DNA from: a virus
Virus record (IMG/VR): IMGVR_UViG_3300011921_000003
DNA: 34,957 nucleotides
Direction: 5' to 3' (one strand)
Position numbers and translations under genes: made by a program. The notes under the pieces are model-generated. The model saw only the letters and a list, made by a program, of their open reading frames with translations, made no database searches and was not told the origin of the DNA. Positions within the stretch are counted from its first letter, which is position 1. Each line of letters starts with the position of its first letter. This document shows, piece by piece, positions 32,540-34,957 of the stretch.

Positions 32540-33041
32540 TTGGGACAATTCTTTTAAATTGATGCTGAAGTCGGAAGGCGGGTTTGTAAACCATCCAAGT
32601 GATCCAGGCGGCATGACTAACTTAGGCGTAACCAAGGCAACTTGGGAGAACTGGGTAGGCCGTGAGTCAGACGAGGCTGAGATGCGTGGGCTGACACCTG
32701 AAAAGGTTGAGCCTTTGTACAAAAAAAAGTATTTCGACGCTGTGCGTGGTGACGAGTTGCCAATGGGTCTTGATTATTTAATGTTTGATTTTGCCGTAAA
32801 CGCCGGCGCAGGCAGAGCAATCAAAACGTTGCAAACCGCTGTGGGTGTAACGCCAGACGGTGGGTTTGGCCCGATGACAATGGCAGCTGTGCAGGCTGTT
32901 GACCCTGTTGATCTAATTGAGCGATTTAGCCAAGCCAAAGAGGACTTCTATCGGTCTTTGAACACCTTTGCAACGTTTGGCAAAGGGTGGCTAAATCGGG
33001 TCGCTGACGTTAAGGTAAAGGCTTCTGCGATGTTGGTTTAA
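32529..33041 (+). CDS. Endolysin, GH108-type muramidase with a C-terminal peptidoglycan-binding domain
   Basis: 170 aa. 'KSEGGFVNHPSDPGGMTNLGVT' is the GH108 signature (EGG...DPGG.T..G). 'LQTAVGVTPDGGFGPMTMAAV' is a PG_binding-type repeat. Confidence 0.85.
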   Translation: MQSNWDNSFKLMLKSEGGFVNHPSDPGGMTNLGVTKATWENWVGRESDEAEMRGLTPEKVEPLYKKKYFDAVRGDELPMGLDYLMFDFAVNAGAGRAIKTLQTAVGVTPDGGFGPMTMAAVQAVDPVDLIERFSQAKEDFYRSLNTFATFGKGWLNRVADVKVKASAMLV

Positions 33042-33219
33042 AGTGCCTATCGCAGTAAACACAAAGCCCGTCACGCAACGTTGTACAAACTTGACCGCAA
33101 CCATCACAAACAAACTCTTTGGGAAAGTTTGTCGGGCGTGACCAACGCACCCAAAGAGCTGTAGCAACCAATGCAGCGGCAGCGCAATAAAATATAAAAA
33201 TCCAATCCCATATCGTCAT
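33010..33219 (-). CDS. Small membrane/zinc-finger protein (69 aa), last gene of the leftward operon
   Basis: The TM helix is 'IWDWIFIFYCAAAALVATALWV' and the Cys cluster is 'CDGCGQVC...CVYC'. The ATG at 33219 is in a TAATG overlap. The 3' end overlaps the endolysin 3' end by 32 nt. Confidence 0.55.
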   Translation of the reverse strand: MTIWDWIFIFYCAAAALVATALWVRWSRPTNFPKEFVCDGCGQVCTTLRDGLCVYCDRHFKPTSQKPLP

Positions 33220-33497
33220 TACCAACCCCCCACACCCATGAGTACCACTTGCTCTTTTGCGGCTCTCTGAGAGGCTATACGCATGGCTGGTGACAATCTG
33301 TAAGCAGGTCTGTCAAACCTGTCGATCTTTTTCTCAACGTGCGTTAAGTATTTTTCTAAAAGCGCACGTTCGCCAGTTGGTGCAATGTTTCCAAGTTCTG
33401 ACGCACACATTGCAAGCATTGCGCCACGGGAGTCTGGCAACAAACCTTTATGTCGTAGTTTGTCAGCTGCGGCTAGATATAAGTTAGTTAATTTCAT
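33219..33497 (-). CDS. Hypothetical protein (92 aa)
   Basis: A member of the tightly coupled leftward operon, with 4-nt and 1-nt overlaps. Confidence 0.55.
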   Translation of the reverse strand: MKLTNLYLAAADKLRHKGLLPDSRGAMLAMCASELGNIAPTGERALLEKYLTHVEKKIDRFDRPAYRLSPAMRIASQRAAKEQVVLMGVGGW

Positions 33498-33697
33498 TTC
33501 AATCCTTTGGCTATATCGGCTAGTTCACGGCGCATTGCAACAAGTTCTTCAGACTGTAAAAGTACCGTTTCACCTAAAGTGATAATGTCTTTTTGCAAAT
33601 TTCTGATGTACTCAGCTGCCTCAGTTTGCTCTTGATGCGTCATAAAAAACCCATTTTCAAGGTTTCTCAGGATTTGTTTCGGGCTAAGTGGGTTCAT
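33494..33697 (-). CDS. Hypothetical protein (67 aa, helical)
   Basis: ATGA overlaps on both sides. Confidence 0.55.
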   Translation of the reverse strand: MNPLSPKQILRNLENGFFMTHQEQTEAAEYIRNLQKDIITLGETVLLQSEELVAMRRELADIAKGLK

Positions 33698-33915
33698 TCG
33701 ATCACCTGAAAGTTTTTGCTAATTCTTGTACGCCTATTTTGCGCTTGTTCGAGAGTATCAACTTTGACATACTGGTTAATTGTGTATTGAGCATCTGAAT
33801 CTAAATCAAACCAATTCCCATCACCATCTGCAAATTCATTTTTTGCAGGGAAAAATAAGACTTTTCTTTCTCGCATAACGGCGTATTTGCCATCTTCAAA
33901 TTGAACAATATTCAT
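33694..33915 (-). CDS. Hypothetical protein (73 aa)
   Basis: ATGA overlaps on both sides. Confidence 0.55.
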   Translation of the reverse strand: MNIVQFEDGKYAVMRERKVLFFPAKNEFADGDGNWFDLDSDAQYTINQYVKVDTLEQAQNRRTRISKNFQVIE

Positions 33916-34124
33916 TTGGGTGTCCTGTCTAATGCGTAGAGGGCTGTATACAGATGCGGATGCGTTGTGTCGTTGAGTAATACACCTTTATCCCCAATGT
34001 ATCCAACGGGTTTGAGTTTGGCTAGATTGTCAGCAGCCTGGCGAAAGGCACATGGGTTGTACTCAGCGTTGCATCGACCCCCGCAAGCCTCTTTAAACAA
34101 ATGGATATAGTCTGCCTTGTTCAT
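33912..34124 (-). CDS. Hypothetical Cys-containing protein (70 aa)
   Basis: ATGA overlaps on both sides. It contains 'EACGGRCNAEYNPCAF'. Confidence 0.55.
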   Translation of the reverse strand: MNKADYIHLFKEACGGRCNAEYNPCAFRQAADNLAKLKPVGYIGDKGVLLNDTTHPHLYTALYALDRTPK

Positions 34125-34396
34125 AATCTCAATCCAAAAGGGTTGTGGGCATGGGTGATAACAAGGTGCTCGTAATCGTCTGTGGACTCGGTAGCTGTCG
34201 GGGCTTGGCGCACCGTGACGAACATTGCTGGGCTAACCCTACGTCTACCATCCCCACGCTTTTCCATCTTGCCTAAACGCTGTAGGTTGTTTAGGTGCGT
34301 ATAAATTGACTGCTTCTCAAGACCAAGATACTCAGCAATATCAACGGTTGTTTTAGGCTCAATGCAATACTTTAGAATCTTTTGTTGTGTTGACAT
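34121..34396 (-). CDS. Winged-helix (ArsR/MarR-like) DNA-binding protein, first gene of the leftward operon
   Basis: 91 aa. 'ILKYCIEPKTTVDIAEYLGLEKQSIYTHLNNLQRLGKMEKRGDG' has the wHTH pattern. A GGAGA SD lies 4 nt upstream. Confidence 0.55.
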   Translation of the reverse strand: MSTQQKILKYCIEPKTTVDIAEYLGLEKQSIYTHLNNLQRLGKMEKRGDGRRRVSPAMFVTVRQAPTATESTDDYEHLVITHAHNPFGLRL

Positions 34397-34415
34397 ATGT
34401 TCTCCATAAAAGGAT

Positions 34416-34444
34416 ACATTAAGCTAACTAAACAGATTAATCAA
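34416..34444 (-). promoter_or_regulatory. Sigma70-type leftward promoter (TTGATT, 17 nt, TAATGT) with the same spacer as the rightward promoter
   Basis: The minus strand reads 'ttgatt aatctgtttagttagct taatgt'. The spacer is identical to 424..440 at 16 of 17 positions. It lies about 20 nt upstream of the 34396 start. Confidence 0.65.
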
Positions 34445-34822
34445 GAAGTATTAACTAGGTGATAACCCTTACTCTGTTTATTTTAAATATAGTTCCCCTA
34501 CCCTTATACCCACCCACCGTAGTAGTTGACGGTATGTGGAGATAAATCCTTTACGACAGACCTGTGCGTTGTAACGCTTATGGCAGGCATCTCACCCCAC
34601 CCGTAGATTCCCTAAATTACTAGCAGTCCTTGCAAGTAATAAAGATCAATACCTACAGTAAATGGTTTTACTAGATTTCTCTAGTCTGTCTATATCCTGT
34701 TCGATTTCTCTACTGGGGCGTGCGGGTCACACGGGATAAAGCTATATAACAAATGTATAACTGACCTGTTCTGGGTACGAGTGGTCACTCTATTAGCTAA
34801 TGCGCCCTGACAGTCATCCAAC

Positions 34823-34912
34823 AAAAAAGCCGCTTAAATCTATATATTGGTTGCAGAACATCTTTTTTAAGGATGTCACCCCGAAGGGTCAATATATAGA
34901 TTTAAACGGCTT
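34823..34912 (-). terminator. Large structured terminator-like element on the minus strand: a 23-bp stem enclosing two small hairpins, followed by a U-tract
   Basis: The arms at 34827..34849 and 34890..34912 are reverse complements with one mismatch. That mismatch is a G-U pair only in the minus-strand RNA. The inner hairpin at 34878..34889 is ACCC-UUCG-GGGU on the minus strand, and a second inner hairpin lies at 3457+34800..34877 region (34857..34877). The minus-strand 3' side continues 'cggcuuuuuug'. The element is about 125 nt downstream of the cro-like stop, across the circular junction. Confidence 0.55.
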
Positions 34913-34957
34913 AATTATCTGCAACGATAACGATTCAATTCTGCCACCGTCTTTCCG
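34880..34957. repeat. 78-bp terminal direct repeat, copy 2 (identical to 1..78)
   Basis: Exact identity with the window start. Confidence 0.95.

Noticed and set aside
34445-34826. The ORF-free region as an attP site, tRNA gene or CRISPR-like array.
   Set aside because: I recognised no integrase or recombinase. I could not fold a cloverleaf with acceptor and T-arm features. The short repeats are few, irregularly spaced and non-identical, so this is not a CRISPR array.

Overview
This window is a complete, circularly closed dsDNA phage genome. The first 78 bp are identical to the last 78 bp, so the unique length is about 34,879 bp. Gene content points to a short-tailed, podovirus-like phage of a Gram-negative host. 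There is no tape-measure, tube or sheath gene, there are very large internal/ejection-type proteins, and the lysis genes are a GH108 endolysin plus an embedded Rz/Rz1 spanin pair.

Layout:
- A leftward Cro/YdaS-like regulator (160..375) faces a rightward early operon (491..8424). That operon holds ERF, SSB, an HNH nuclease, a PD-(D/E)XK exonuclease, about 20 tiny ORFs, a Ref-like nuclease and RusA.
- The late operon (8432..33041) runs HNH-AP2 endonuclease, TerS, TerL, portal, scaffold, major capsid, decoration protein, tail and ejection proteins, fibre cluster, then lysis cassette.
- A leftward operon of six tiny genes (33010..34396) converges on the endolysin gene.
- About 640 bp of ORF-free DNA spans the circular junction.

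Almost all genes are joined by ATGA/TAATG/GTGA overlaps. I recognised no integrase, CI-type repressor, polymerase, primase, helicase, tRNA or CRISPR array.

Most interesting observations:
- Four enzyme-type genes sit inside the virion module: a GT-A-like glycosyltransferase, an MptE/Maf-like DUF115 protein, a GNAT and a PP-loop PAPS-reductase-like protein. The two sugar-transferase-like genes each sit next to one of two small paralogous beta-rich proteins and a Ser/Thr-tailed decoration protein, which suggests a virion glycosylation system.
- A conserved promoter/operator box is reused at three to four sites.
- An elaborate minus-strand RNA structure, supported by strand-specific G-U wobbles and a cUUCGg tetraloop, lies in the ORF-free region.
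- The portal has a C-terminal hendecad-repeat barrel.

All functional calls come from motif recognition by eye. No database search was run.
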